NCBI RefSeq assembly: GCF_963921235.1
Contig: NC_086097.1
Coordinates: 133,240,001 to 133,304,000 of the forward strand
Direction of reading: 5' to 3'
Source of the DNA: Mobula hypostoma
Taxonomy: Eukaryota
Length of the DNA: 64,000 bases
Shown here: piece after piece, positions 27,471 through 40,805 of the stretch
Numbering within the stretch: the stretch's first letter is position 1
How the letters are laid out: each line of letters starts with the position of its first letter
Notes under the pieces: generated by a model
What the model saw: the letters and a program-made list of their open reading frames with translations, nothing else
Database searches by the model: none
What the model was told of the DNA's origin: nothing
Translations under genes and position numbers: made by a program

Positions 27471-30400
27471 ACAATGACATAGGTAGGAAAAGGGATGAGG
27501 TCCTGAAAGGAGAATATAGGGAGCTAGGAAGGGAGTTGAGAAAAAGGACCGCAAAGGTAGTAATCTCGGGATTACTGCCTGTGCCACGCGACAGTGAGAG
27601 TAGGAATGCGATGAGGTGGAGGATAAATGCGTGGCTGAGGGATTGGAGCAGGGGGCAGGGATTCAAGTTTTTGGATCATTGGGACCTCTTTTGGCGCAGG
27701 CGTGACCTGTACAAAAAGGACGGGTTACACTTGAATCCTAGGGCGACCAATATCCTGGCAGGGAGATTAGCGAGGGCTACTGAGGTGACTTTAAACTAGA
27801 ATGGTTGGTGGGTGGGAATCAAATTAAAGAGGCTAGGCGTGAGGACGTTAGTTCACAACAGGGGGATGGGAACCAGTGCAGAGAGACAGAGGGGTGTAAA
27901 GTGAGGGTAGAAGCAAAAAGTACTAAGGAGAAAAGTAAAAGTGGCAGGCTGACAAATCCAGGGCAAGCATTAAAAAGGGCCACTTTTCAACATAATTGTA
28001 TAAGGGCTAAGAGAGTTGTAAAAGAGCGCCTGAAGGCTTTGTGTGTCAATGCAAGGAGTATTCGTAATAAGGTGGATGAATTGAAAGTGCAGATTGTTAT
28101 TAATGATTATGATATAGTTGGGATCACAGAGACATGGCTCCAGAGTGACCAGGGATGATGGGAGCTCAACGTTCAGGGATATTCAATATTCAGGAGGGAT
28201 AGGCATGAAGGAAAGGAAGGTGGGGTGGCGTTGCTGGTTAAAGAAGAGATTAACGCAATAGAAAGGAAGGACATAAGCCGGGAAGATGTGGAATCGATAT
28301 GGGTAGAGCTGCGTAACACTAAGGGGCAGAAGACGCTGGTGGGAGTTGTGTACAGGCCACCTAACAGTAGTAGTGAGGTCGGAGATGGTATTAAACAGGA
28401 AATTAGAAATGTGTGCAATAAAGGAACAGCAGTTATAATGGGTGACTTCAATCTACATGTAGATTGGGTGAACCAAATTGGTAAAGGTGCTGAGGAAGAG
28501 GATTTCTTGGAATGTATGCGGGATGGTTTTTGAACCAACATGTCGAGGAACCAACTAGAGAGCAGGCTATTCTGGACTGGGTTTTGAGCAATGAGGAAGG
28601 GTTAATTAGCAATCTTGTCGTGAGAGGCCCCTTGGGTAAGAGTGACCATAATATGGTGGAATTCTTCATTAAGATGGAGAGTGACATATTTAATTCAGAA
28701 ACAAAGGTTCTGAACTTAAAGAGGGGTAACTTTGAAGGTATGAGACGTGAATTAGCTAAGATAGACTGGCAAATGACACTTAAAGGATGACGGTGGATAT
28801 GCAATGGCAAGCATTTAAAGGTTGCATGGATGAACTACAACAATTGTTCATCCCAGTTTGGCAAAAGAATAAATCAAGGAAGGTAGTGCACCCGTGGCTG
28901 ACAAGAGAAATTAGGGATAGTATCAATTCCAAAGAAGAAGCATACAAATTAGCCAGAGAAAGTGGCTCACGTGAGGACTGGGAGAAATTCAGAGTTCAGC
29001 AGAGGAGGGCAAAGGGCTTAATTAGGAAGGGGAAAAAAGATTATGAGAGAAAACTGGCAGGGAACATAAAAACTGACTAAAAACTTTTATAGATATGTAA
29101 AAAGGAAAAGACTGGTAAAGACAAATGTAGGTCCCCTACAGACAGAAACAGGTGAATTGATTATGGGGAGCAAGGACATGGCAGACCAATTGAATAATTA
29201 CTTTGGTTCTGTCTTCACTAAGGAGGACATAAATAATCTTCAAGAAATAGTAGGGGACAGAGGGTCCAGTGAGATGGAGGAACTGAGCGAAATACATGTT
29301 AGTAGGGAAGTGGTGTTAGGTAAATTGAAGGGATTGAAGGCAGATAAATCCCCAGGGCCAGATGGTCTGCATCCTAGAGTGCTTAAGGAAGTAGCCCAAG
29401 AAATAGTGGATGCATTAGTGATAATTTTTCAAAACTCGTTAGATTCTGGACTAGTTCCTGAGGATTGGAGGGTGGCTAATGTAACCCCACTTTTTTAAAA
29501 AGGAGGGAGGCAGAAACTGGGGAATTATAGACCGGTTAGCCTAACGTCGGTGGTGGGGAAACTGCTGGAGTCAGTTATCAAAGATGTGATAACAGCACAT
29601 TTGGAAAGCGGTGAAATGATCGGACAAAGTCAGCATGGATTTGTGAAAGGAAAATCATGTCTGACGAATCTCATAGAATTTTTTGAGGATGTAACTAGTA
29701 GAGTGGATAGGGGAGAACCAGTGGATGTGGTATATTTGGATTTTCAAAAGGCTTTTGACAAGGTCCCACACAGGAGTTTAGTGTGCAAACTTAAAGCACA
29801 CGGTATTAGGGGTAGGTTATTGATGTGGATGGAGAATTGGTTAGCAGACAGGAAGCAAAGAGTGGGAATAAACGGGACCTTTTCAGAATGGCAGGCGGTG
29901 ACTAGTGTCATTATACACCAGTCATTGAAAGTGGGCATGCAGGTACAGCAGGTGGTGAAAAAGGTGAATGGTATGCTGGCATTTATAGCGAGAGGATTCG
30001 AGTACAGGAGCAGGGAGGTACTACTGCAGTTGTACAAGGCCTTGGTGAGACCACACCTGGAGTATTGTGTGCAGTTTTGGTCCCCTAATCTGAGGAAAGA
30101 CATCCTTGCCATAGAGGGAGTACAAAGAAGGTTCACCAGATTGATTCCTGGGATGGCAGGACTTTCATATGAAGAAAGACTGGATGAACTGGGCTTGTCC
30201 TCGTTGGAATTTAGAAGATTGAGGGGGGATCTGATTGAAACGTATAAAATCCTAAAGGGATTGGACAGGCTAGATGCAGGAAGGTTGTTCCCGATGTTGG
30301 GGAAGTCCAGAACAAGGGGTCACAGTTTGAGGATAAAGGGGAAGCCTTTTAGGACCGAGATTAGGAAAAACTTCTTCACACAAAGAGTGGTGAATCTGTG

Positions 30401-30616
30401 GAATTCTCTGCCACAGGAAACAGTTGAGGCCAGTTCATTGGCTATATTTAAGAGGGAGTTAGATATGGCCCTTGTGGCTACGGGGATCAGGGGGTATGGA
30501 GGGAAGGCTGGTGCGGGGTTCTGAGTTGGATGATCAGCCATGATCATAATAAATGGCGATGCAGGCTCGAAGGGCCGAATGGCCTACTCCTGCACCTATT
30601 TTCTATGTTTCTATGT
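27471..30616 (+). mobile_element. Young CR1 (family A) with ORF1 esterase C-terminus, APE endonuclease and internally deleted RT
   Basis: ORF1 SGNH-esterase end (VVISGLLP...DGLHLN, 27536-27799); frameshifted ORF2; in-frame deletion at ~29907. Confidence 0.96.
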
Positions 30617-30849
30617 AAAACGATGAGGAGCGGTGGGAGGAGGAAGAAGAGAAGGTTTAACACCACAAGTGTGAGATGAAGGAGGGCTCCTGTGAAACAC
30701 GAACAGAATGGGGCAGTTAGGGAATATGGTCTGCTTCTGTGCTGTAATTCCAGTCTAACTCCATGCGGCTTTGTGTTATTTCAGATTTTATGGACAATAA
30801 TGAATGTGTATTACATTTTCTGCTTGGGTAGCCTAAGAAAACCATAAAA

Positions 30850-31040
30850 CAAACTGCTGAAGGAAGTCAGCAGATCAAACAGCATCTGTGGAGGTGACGT
30901 TCAGGGGCTTCACCAGTCCCGACGTAGGGTCTTGACCTGAAACACTGACTGTCCCTTTTCTTCCCCCAACTGTTGCTTGACCTGTTGAATTCCTCCAGCA
31001 GTTTGTTCTTTGCTTTAAGTTCCAGCATCTGCAGTCTCTT
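30850..31040. mobile_element. Foldback mini-element derived from PLE terminal sequence
   Basis: Inverted arms (aaactgctgaaggaagtcagcag / cctgttgaattcctccagcagttt) enclosing a degenerate hammerhead motif at 30914-30951. Confidence 0.55.
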
Positions 31041-32534
31041 GCACGTCCTCTGTGTGAGGCAGGAAAACCACCAACAAACAAAATTCTGGAGGAACTCAGC
31101 AGGGCAGGCAGCATCTGTGGAGGGAAAAAGACATTACTTTTTGGGATTAAACCCTTTGTTAATTCAGTGAAATATGCAAGGAGACATTAGGACACTTGTT
31201 CAGCAGCATGGGTGACGAGTCGACAGGAGTCAACTGAAATTTATTAGGTATCACAATCTCAGCAGGTTGAGTAGCATCTGAGAGAGGAGAGGGAAGATGG
31301 CCTGTATAAAGAGGAGAAGGGGAGTCATGAGACTATATCCAAGACAATTGGTGGGTTGAGCAGATGACAGCAGGTTGTGCCAGGTAGGGGAGGGGAATGG
31401 TGTGGAGATTGGAGATAAAGGCAGGTGAATTACTGATGGAGGCACAAGAAGTGAGAAAAAAAAATAGAGTCAAATGGAGTGAGGTGAAGGGGGCGAGGAG
31501 GAATGTGGAGGTTGGGGGTGGATACTGGACAGATATGAGGAGGAATACAAGGAACTATAAGCTCTTATCCTGATGGGTCAAGAAGGTAATGATGGAATCC
31601 ATTAAGGAATCAGGACCTGATGGGGGAGAGATTTGGAAGGGAAGTGGGGTAGGGTGTTGAATTGCATATGCAGTGTGCCTTCATCCAAATGTTACTTGCA
31701 GGGCCCAGTATTATGTTCCTTTGTAAACAGGGAAGTACTATGAGGTACTATCTATAATGATCATCAGTGATTTTGGTAATACACTACCTGCTGTTAGTAT
31801 ATAGCACAGAGAGAGATTCTTGGATCTCTGGCTTCACCCAGAAGGCAGTATTAGGCCCTTGATGTCACTGAAGTTTGTGGAGTATGACTGACATTGCCTT
31901 TTGAGTGACGGATGGACAGTACTGGTCAGCTGCCCTTCCTGTGCAAGGATCTCAGCCTTACTATAAACCCAGGCCAGTGGGCTAGGAGCCATAATGAAGC
32001 GCGGGAGTGAGACCCAGGTTAAAACATGACCAGTAAATAGAACATAGAACAGCACTGCACAGAAAAAGGCTCTTTGGGGATAGGAAGGTGGAGCACAGAG
32101 CACAAGAAGGGAAGTGGAAGGGGCAGTGAGGGAGGGAAGCTAGTGGAAGGGGTGTCAGGTAATGGGAAAATGGAGAGGGGAAAGAGCCGGGATGATGGAA
32201 GACACGTAGAATATTTAGAACAGGGGTTGACAGAATTCTGGATATTAAGGGAATCATGAGATGTGGATGGGAACAGTGCAGGTAAATGGAGCTGAGATAG
32301 AAGAGCAGCCATGATTCTGAAGCATGGAGTGGGTGTAAGTGCTGTGTGGCCTATTCATTTGTTAGTCACTCCATACACCCTCCAGTGTCGTGACATAGCT
32401 TGATGCAGCTCACTGAAAAGTTTACAATTCAGTTCACCTTTCCTCATCACTCATTCACCAGCAAGTCCCTCACGTGCTCCAAGTGCAAGGCTCTTAATTG
32501 TAAGCACCTGAAGCCAGGAGTTAAAACAATAAAT

Positions 32535-33150
32535 TGGCTCATTATTGTCACATAAACTGAGGTACAGTGGAAAAACTTTGATTTGCTTGCCATCCATACT
32601 GATCATTTCATTACAACAGTGCCTTATAGAATAAAGTGTTACAGTTACAGAGAAAGTGCAGTTCAGGCAGACAACAAGGTGCGAGGGCCATGTCGCAGTG
32701 TATTGAGAGGTCAAGAGTTCTTATCTTACAAGAGGTCCATTCAATTGTCCCATAATAATGGGTAGAAACTGTCCCAGAGCCTGCTCGCCTGTCTTTTCAA
32801 GCTTTTGTACCTTCCGCCTGTTGGGGAGGGGAGGGGTCTTTGATTATGTTAGCTACTTCAATAATGCAGACAGATTGCAATGAAGGGAGGCTGGTTTCCA
32901 TGGCATGCTGAACTGAGTCAACAACTCTCTGTGGTTACTTGTGGTCACAGGCAGAGCGGTGCATAGAGGAGATACTGTGGCTTATGTAGATTTAGGGGTA
33001 ATAAAAAGCCAGTCTCGAACAAACCAGTTGCCATACCGAGCTGTGATTGTCAGATAAGATGTTTTCTATGTGGCATCAATAAAAATTGATTAGGGTAAAG
33101 GGGACATGCCAAATTTCTTCAGTCTCCTGAGGAAGTAGGAAGTGTTGGTG
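32535..33150 (-). mobile_element. Old Rex1/Babar-like fragment
   Basis: Similar to the other Rex1-like 3' ends (ttattgtcaca...caagcttttgtaccttccgcc). Confidence 0.55.
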
Positions 33151-33989
33151 CAAGTTGTGTGCAGGTGAAGTGGAATCAAGAGAGAAATGCCTGCAAGTGC
33201 CTCACATGCTCCAACTGTAACCAGGGGTAGCTTCTAGTCATAGTGAGGAGAGGTGGGGATGAGAAAGAGATAGATGGGAACAGAGAACAGAGACATTCAG
33301 ACAGAAATGGAAGGAGGGACAGACTTGCATTTCAATATCATCTTTCACAGCACCAGTCATTCCAGGTGTTCATGCAGTGCTTAAACAAAAACAGAAACTG
33401 CAGGAAACACTCAGCACTGCAGGCAACATCTGTGGGAAGGGAAAGAGTTAATATTTTGGAGCTGATGAAGCACCTTTGACTTGAAGCATTGACTCTGTTT
33501 CTTACATGCTGTCTGACCTGCTAAGTGTTTCCAGCATTGTCTATTTTATTTTAGATTTCCAGTAGTTGCAGTTTTTTCTGATTTCCTTACACATACAGCG
33601 TGGTCTTTGCTGTAAAGCAGGAGACGTGGCAACCAATATGCAGACAGCGGGATCTCATTAATAGCTGTCTGATAACAGCTAGGTTGTTCATTACTGTGAG
33701 GTTGAGAGGATCAATATTGACAGACACCTGACTAATATAACACTAACATCCCTTCCCTCTCCAAAATGGTTCGTGGCTTTAGTTTTGTCCTGATTGGAGA
33801 GATGGGTTATAAGGTACAGTGGGGTGATGAGGAGGGGGGGATAGGGGAGACAGTGTGTGGAGGAGGGAGGAGAAGGAGGAGTGGGAGAGAATGTGACAGA
33901 CAGCGAGAAAGAAACCAATAGAGAGGAAATGAATGTCAAGGAAGAAGGCTAGGGTGGTTTGCCAGGACTCAAGTTATAGGGAAAGGTTG

Positions 33990-34490
33990 GGCAGGCTGGG
34001 ACGTTATTCGCTGGAGGGTAGGACTCTGAGGGATCATCATATTGCGATGGAAAATCATGAGGGGCATAAATAGGGTGAATGTGCACAGTTGTATTCCCAG
34101 GGAAAGGGAGCCAAAAACTAGTGGGCATAGGTTTAAAGTGAGAGACAAAATAATTTAAAAAGAACTGGGATGGCAGAGGAGAGGGTGGGGTGCAGGCAAC
34201 TTCTTTACACAGAGGGTGGTGCATATGAGGAACAAGCTACCAGAGGACGTTGTTAAGGCAGGTACCTTAACATTTAATAGGCATCTGGACAGGTACATGA
34301 TAGGAAAGTTTAGAGCAGGGGTTCCCAGCCTGGGGTCCAAGGACCCCTTGGTTAATGGTATTGGTCCACAGCATGGGTTGAGAACCTCTGGTTTGGAGAG
34401 ATATGGGCCAAACTTGGGCAAATGGGACTAACTAAGATGGGAATCTCAGTCAGTGTGGCCCAGTTGGGCCGAAGGGCCGATTTCCATGGG
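33990..34490 (+). mobile_element. Old CR1 3' fragment containing a small hAT-type MITE
   Basis: FFTQRVV/NKLPEDVV remnant and tail ttgggccgaagggcc. Confidence 0.75.
34316..34390. mobile_element. 75-bp hAT(Charlie)-type MITE
   Basis: TIRs caggggttcccagcc / ggttgagaacctctg; 8-bp TSD gtttagag / gtttggag. Confidence 0.8.
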
Positions 34491-35625
34491 GGAGCTCACA
34501 GGAGGATGTTGAGATAATGGTAGTTGATATCATGAAGCTGAAGCCATTACTTAGAATTCCATTGCTCTATTAGAAGCAGAGAAAGTCAGAGACAGTTATG
34601 GGTGGGGATGCAGAGAAATAGCTCGAGAGAGAAAAAGGGAAAGTGTTCTTGATTCAGAACCTGACCGCTATCAATGTCAACATTTGCCAACAAGGTGAGT
34701 CTGCACTGCTGGATCTGAAATCGCAGCAGAGTTTTCGGAGTCTAATCAGTTAACCTCATGATCACAGAGCCAACTAACTGCACCTCAAATGAAATGTGTA
34801 ATCTCAGCCCATACATCATGGTGCATGAATAATGTACATCGCTTTTGCTGATGATTTGTGTGACGTTCAGTACTTTCATTCAGTGTCATAATACATTTTG
34901 TTTTAAATGACATAAATATTTTAGTGATTCTGAAAAATCCAAATACCAGCTCAGACACTCTTTTAAATATTTACTTTAAATTCTCTTGTGCTGTGCCTAT
35001 GACGCCAACCAGCCAAAGTCTTTAGTGTATGTTGCGGGACAGCTAAAAGTTTTTGGTGATTCTTCCAGATGAAGGAGTGAATTTGGTCTCAGAAATAGGT
35101 CCTTCAACTTGTTAGATCCATGGTGATCCTTTCAGCATTTTACCGGTGTTTCCACAGTCTGTACAAATATTTATCTATTTTTTTAATGAAAGGGCAAGTT
35201 CAGATCAAACGGTATCTAGCATGCAGATGGGCAAGTCTGCATAATTGATGCTGTGACAGGTCACATTTATTCAGGCTTTTCAAATTACTCAAAGGTCACA
35301 TTTAATTTGTTACTGAATGTAACCTGTCACATTTTATGATCAATGCCTACTTGTTTATCACTCCATAGTGTTTACCAAGTTTGAGTTCATTGTCATAGGC
35401 ATACATACACCGGGTAGGAATACCACAAAGATTAGCACTGTGGCAGCAGCGCAGTATAGACCTGGAAAAACACAAGTTAACGAGTTTTAATTAAGATAAT
35501 TTACAAAATAAACATAACAATAGTGCAATTAGCGAGAGAAAGAGAAATGAAATATAGTCGAAGATCGTTTTTGAGTATTCCAGGTCGCTTTAAGAACCTA
35601 ATGTGAGTGACATAGAACCGATAGT

Positions 35626-36560
35626 ACACAGAAATGCTGGAAGAACTCAACAAGTCATGCAGAATCTATGGAGAGAAATGGACAGTCAACAATTCGGTCT
35701 GAGACCCTTTATCAGAACTGGGAAGTAAGAGGACAGAATAAGCCAAAGTAAGAAAGGTAGGGGAGGTGGAGTAAAAGCTGACAGCAAGTAGGTGAGTCAG
35801 GGTGAAAGGGGGTAGGTGGTTGGGGAGGGGGATGAAAGAGAATGATGAGAGAAGCTGAGAGGTGATAGGTACAAGAGTCAGAGTTGAAGGAGGAGGAATC
35901 AGATAGGGAAGGACCATGGATGACTGAATAAAGAGAAGGAGATGGGGAACTCAAGGGAGGTGATGAGCAGAATATGAGGGTGGGAGGGTGTAGAGGAGGA
36001 GTGAGCAGCTACAGGAATGAGGGAAAACAAAGGGGGTGGGAGAAAAAGGAAAACATGAAGGGAATGGTTTCTGGAAGTTAGTGAAATCAATGTTGATGCT
36101 GTCAGCTTGGAACTACCCAGACAGAATACCAGGAGCTGCTCCTCCATCCAGCATCAGGCTTCATCACGGCAGAAGAGGAGACCATGGGCTGACATGCAGC
36201 TGGGGGAATGGGATGTACAAATGAAATGGGTGGCCACTGGGAGATCCTGGCTGTTGCTGTGAACATAACGAAGGTGCTCAATGAAGCAGTCTCCAAATCT
36301 GTGTTGGTTCTCACTTATGTAAGGAAGGCTGCACCAGTAGCACCAAATACAATAAATTATACTGAATACTTGCAAGTGAAAGACTGCCTCACTTTAGGGC
36401 CCTGAATGATGGTGAGAGAGGAGGTATAGGAGCAGCTGCAGAGATAAGTGGAGGGAAATTGATGGGAAGGGACAAGCAGACAAGGAAGTCACAGAATGAG
36501 CAAAATGTGGACAGGGGTGGGGATGTGGGAAGATGTGCCTGATGGTGGGAGCCCATTGGT
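35626..36560 (-). mobile_element. Penelope-like retroelement 3' part (GIY-YIG endonuclease remnant plus terminal repeat)
   Basis: IIYCIWC..C.LPYISE...RFGDCFIEHL...DLPVATHF and EEQLLVFCLGS remnants; pyrimidine-rich tail; hammerhead-like motif at 35683-35720. Confidence 0.85.
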
Positions 36561-36569
36561 GATTGAATT

Positions 36570-37045
36570 GATTTCTCTAGCTCTAGTATCCACTCCCCTC
36601 TGTTTTCCTTTTTCTTCCTCCACCTCTTATCCCTCATTCCTGTGATCTCCCCTTCCCCTCCCCTGCCATTATAATCTGCCCACCACTTTCCTCTGGTTTC
36701 CTACCTCCTCCACTTTATTCCATGGTCTACTGTCCTCCATTATCAGATTATTCCTTCTTCAACCCTTTCTCTTCCATTTGTCACCTGTTTGCTTCTCACA
36801 CCATTTCCCCTTAACCCCTCCTTCCCCCACCTACCTTCATCCTCTCAGCTGGCCTCTCATTTCCTGCCAGTTTGTATTCCCTTCACCTCCCCCTACCTTT
36901 TTATTCTGGATTATGCCCTCTTTCTTTCCTGTCCTGGTGAGGGGTCTCAGCTGGAAACATCGTGTTCATTTTCCTCCTTAGATGCTGCCTGACTTGATGA
37001 GTTAGTTGGGCATTTTGTGTCTGTGCTCAAGATTTCCATCATTTG
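36570..37045 (+). mobile_element. PLE terminal-repeat fragment inverted relative to the adjacent PLE
   Basis: Same pyrimidine-rich tail, CTGGTGA...GAAACATC and gatgctgcctgac in the opposite orientation. Confidence 0.75.
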
Positions 37046-37049
37046 CAAA

Positions 37050-37500
37050 AACAGTAGGGAAGAAGTTGTTGGTGAATCTTAAAGTCTGGGTCTTCAGGCT
37101 CCTGTATGTCCTGTGTAATGGCAGCAGATGGTCGGGCCCCCGGGCAATGGTTGTCACCTTCCTGAGCCATTGCCTCTTGTAGATATCCTTAATGATGGCA
37201 CGGAATGGACCCATGATGGTAGTGACCAATTCCACCACTCTCTTTAGCCCCTCGTTTCTATGCATTGGAGTTCCAGTACTAGTAGGCCATGACACAACCA
37301 GTCAGAATGCTTTCCAATGACCATCTGTAGAAATTTGTTAGAGTCTCCGATGGATGACATGCCAAATCCCCTTAAACTTTTAAGAAAGCGGAGACTCTGG
37401 CACACCCTCCTTATGGTTGCATCTATTTGCCAGGCCCAGAACAGGTCTTCCAAGATGTTGACACCCATGAACTTGAAGGTGCTCTCCCTTTTCATGGCCA
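37050..37500 (-). mobile_element. Rex1/Babar-like fragment
   Basis: FKFMGVNILEDL, LRFLKSLRGFGMS and YRSLKTQTLRFTNNFFP. Confidence 0.8.
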
Positions 37501-38715
37501 CTGGTACTCATTCGCACGATCACTCACTCCTCCCACAGCCCTAGAATGAGCCTCACAGCATCTTCCATTGTCTCTTGTTGACCTAAAGGTTGTGATTTCC
37601 ATCTGGAATATCGTTAGACTGAATGTTGACATGGAGTGGTCATTGAAAGCTTTGTCAGTGCACACGTGGCAATATGGTGTTCAGGAGCGGGTACCTTACT
37701 TGATGGAATGAGGTCTTTGTAAAACTCATGTACACTCTATAAGCTTGAGGCATACAGGTCAACACTTTGAGAATTTATTCCTGGAAAATGAAATTTACAA
37801 CTGTACTAAATTGTTGAGTAGTCAAGGGTGAGGTGGTCCTGTCTTTTACCGGAATGATTGGGAATCAGGGCTAGTAAAGGAGAACAACAGTGTGTCCCTC
37901 AGCTGATCAGTCTTAGTTTTGAAAGCACGTCCTTCTCTGTAACACTCAGCATCTCATTCCAACTTCCTCTTGCTGGGAATCCAGACTTTCATCCAGCACA
38001 CCAATTGGGGAGCATTCTAGAGGTCCTCCACACTTGGTAGACTGACCTAGATCGACTTCTTAGCTCTAAAGCACAACAGTTACATTGATAGACATGGTAG
38101 TGTAATGGTTTAAAATCTCTGATCCATTGATCTATAAATAAACACCCATCATGCAGGATAGAAAATTCAAAGCTAAACCATTTGAATTTTCTTCATAAAA
38201 ACTTTGTCAATTCTTGAGAGCAATCTGCCCACCAAAACTATACACAACTCCAGATCAACCATTGCGGTCAGTGTAGCTACTTCAGGCACAATTGGGTATG
38301 GACACTTGGCACTGATATTTAGAAAATAACTGATTAAATGGTGTTCTTTCCCATTTGTTAATCAGAGCCTGGAGCTGTAAAAACTTACTGGTCACGTGAC
38401 TGATCATATAGCCAAATCTCTTAGAACAGCGTGAAATTCATGAAGACTTAGCAACCAATGCTGACTTTTACCTTCAAGTGCTAATGTGGCAAATAATAAC
38501 TTGTACTATTATAGTGGACTTATCTAAGCATTCTAATAACCACCAAAGATTTACACTCACCCAGCCTGTGTACATATATTTACAAACTGGGGTAAGCTCA
38601 CACAGAGCACAGCTATTAACTTTAACTTTATCTACAACAATATCTGAAGACAAACAGTTTCTAGGAATGAGCTGGGTCTTTGCATGATTAACATTCTGGA
38701 TTGCTTTGTTCACAG

Positions 38716-38817
38716 GGTACTGAAGGACAGAGGCCACATTACGCTACAACTGGTTCTAAGTCAAAGGCGGCTTATAAAGGACGAAGAGATGGAACCCTGT
38801 CATCTCTTTTCAAAATG
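38716..38817 (+). CDS. MBP: MBP coding exon (exon 6 equivalent), GTEGQRPHYATTGSKSKAAYKGRRDGTLSSLFKM
   Basis: Acceptor ctttgttcacag| and donor |gtaaca; 102 nt, phase 0; aligns to mammalian GAEGQRP...GTLSKIFKL. Confidence 0.94.
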
Positions 38818-40369
38818 GTAACAAATGAAAATTACCGCTCAGTATCCATCACAAAACAACTAGCATTCATGTAGCAAGGGCAGGTCAGATGCATTTTCCG
38901 TATGTATTTGTGCTCCTCCAAGCTGGTGTGTTGTAGAGACAGCAGTCTGCTTCAGCACCACCAGGTTTGTTACCTGGTTGTCTGTACCTATGATTTTCAC
39001 CATACTACTTGTGCACAAGACAATAAACTCGACTTGATTAGGATGGAGCCGGGATGTTTTTCCGATGTTTTCTGCTGATGAGCCAATATTTAGGGTAAGG
39101 AGTACAAGAGTCAGCTCTGAGGGAGAAAGTTTTCACTCAGTGGAACACACTGCCTAAGAAAGTGGCGGAGGCAGAGACCCTCTCAATACTTAATGAGTAT
39201 CCTTAGTATTAAGGCTACAGATCAAGTCCTAGTAAATAGGTTAGCTTAGATGGGTACTTGATGGACAGAATGGAGATGGTAGGTCAGAGTCTGTTTTAAT
39301 GTTGTGTAATTGTAATATTGTTTTTATTGTAGCTCTGATTTTATTTGTTCATGGGCATCACTGGCAAAGACAGGTGTTTATTGCACATTCCCAAGCGTGC
39401 TTCAACTGGGTGTTTGCTGGATCCATTCAACCACAATGCTACATCGCAGGAGTCAAGTATAGGCTAGGTAACCCCTGTCTGATGGGCAATATTGATTTTG
39501 ATAAATGTTGTAATGATTGCAGTAACCCAGGGGCTAAGTCATTTTGAGTTCATCTGAGAAAGGGCAGAGTAGACTTCGGTTTAATCTCCCATCTAAAAGG
39601 TAGCTGCTTCAAATATCCGGAACTCTCCTCATTTTGCAGTGGAGTCATCAACATCGTTATGTGCCATATCGTATGATGTAGGCGGATCCTGGTCCCATGA
39701 TTGTTCTTGGCAAATTTTTCTAGAGAAGTGGATTGCCATTGATGCCTTTTGGGTAGTGTCTTTACAAGGTGGGTGACTCCAGCCATTATCAACACTCTTC
39801 AGAGATTGTCAGACTGCCTTCAGTAGTTCCATAATCTGGATTTGTGATATGCACCAGCTACTCGTATGACCATCCACCTCCGGCACTTATATCCAATCTC
39901 TCCCTGTAGCAGATGCCCATCTAATCAAAGCAGCATCCCATTAAAACGCTTCTACACTCTTTCAAATGCCTCCACTTTCTAATGGGGCAATACATCTGGT
40001 GAAACTCCTGATGTGGGTTAACCAGGGTTTTACAAAGCTTGTGAAGGAATAAGGAAAACTGGAATACAAAAATCTCCAGAAATTAGAGAAACATAAACCT
40101 ACAGATTACAAAGAGGCACACTACATCTGCTAACTTGGTTTAAAGTGCTTTATTGCAATACAGATAGTTTTCAGAATTAATCTGGTATTTGTTGTTTGTC
40201 AATAGATGTGGCAAAGCACCCTAATTTAGAAAGGAACTGTTTTAAATTTCATATTTACAAATAATTATAATTTGCAAATAACTTTAGAGAGAGGAAGGAG
40301 AAGGCCTCATATAATTTAAGTGCTAATTGCACCTCGAGATAAAAAAATTGTTTTAAAGATAATTTGTTA

Positions 40370-40805
40370 AAATGCAAATGAGTTTATCATATGCATGAGT
40401 ACATGTCTGCACAGATGCAATGAAAAACCTACCTGCAGCAGCATCACAGGCACATAGCATCAGAGACACAACGTTCACTAAAAACATAAATAAAGTTGTA
40501 CATAATTTTTACAAGAAAGAACACAATTATAACAGAAAATATCCATTGTAGTGTAAAGTGGTCAGAGTTGTAGTGTTTTGAGCTGTGCCAGTTGGTTCAG
40601 GTGCAGAATAGTTGAAGGGAAATAGCTGTTCTTGAACAAGTTGCCATAAGCCTCCAGACTTGTGTACATCCCGCTCAATGGTAGTGAAAGATGGAAATGG
40701 CCTGGATAGTGGGGGATATTTGTAATAGATATCTTCTTGAGGCAGCATCTCACGTAGATACTACTGATAAAGGGCAGGGATTTGCCTGTGATATGTTGGA
40801 ATGAG
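40370..40805 (-). mobile_element. Rex1/Babar-like 3' fragment
   Basis: RCCLKK...HYPGH...FKNSYFP remnant. Confidence 0.7.
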
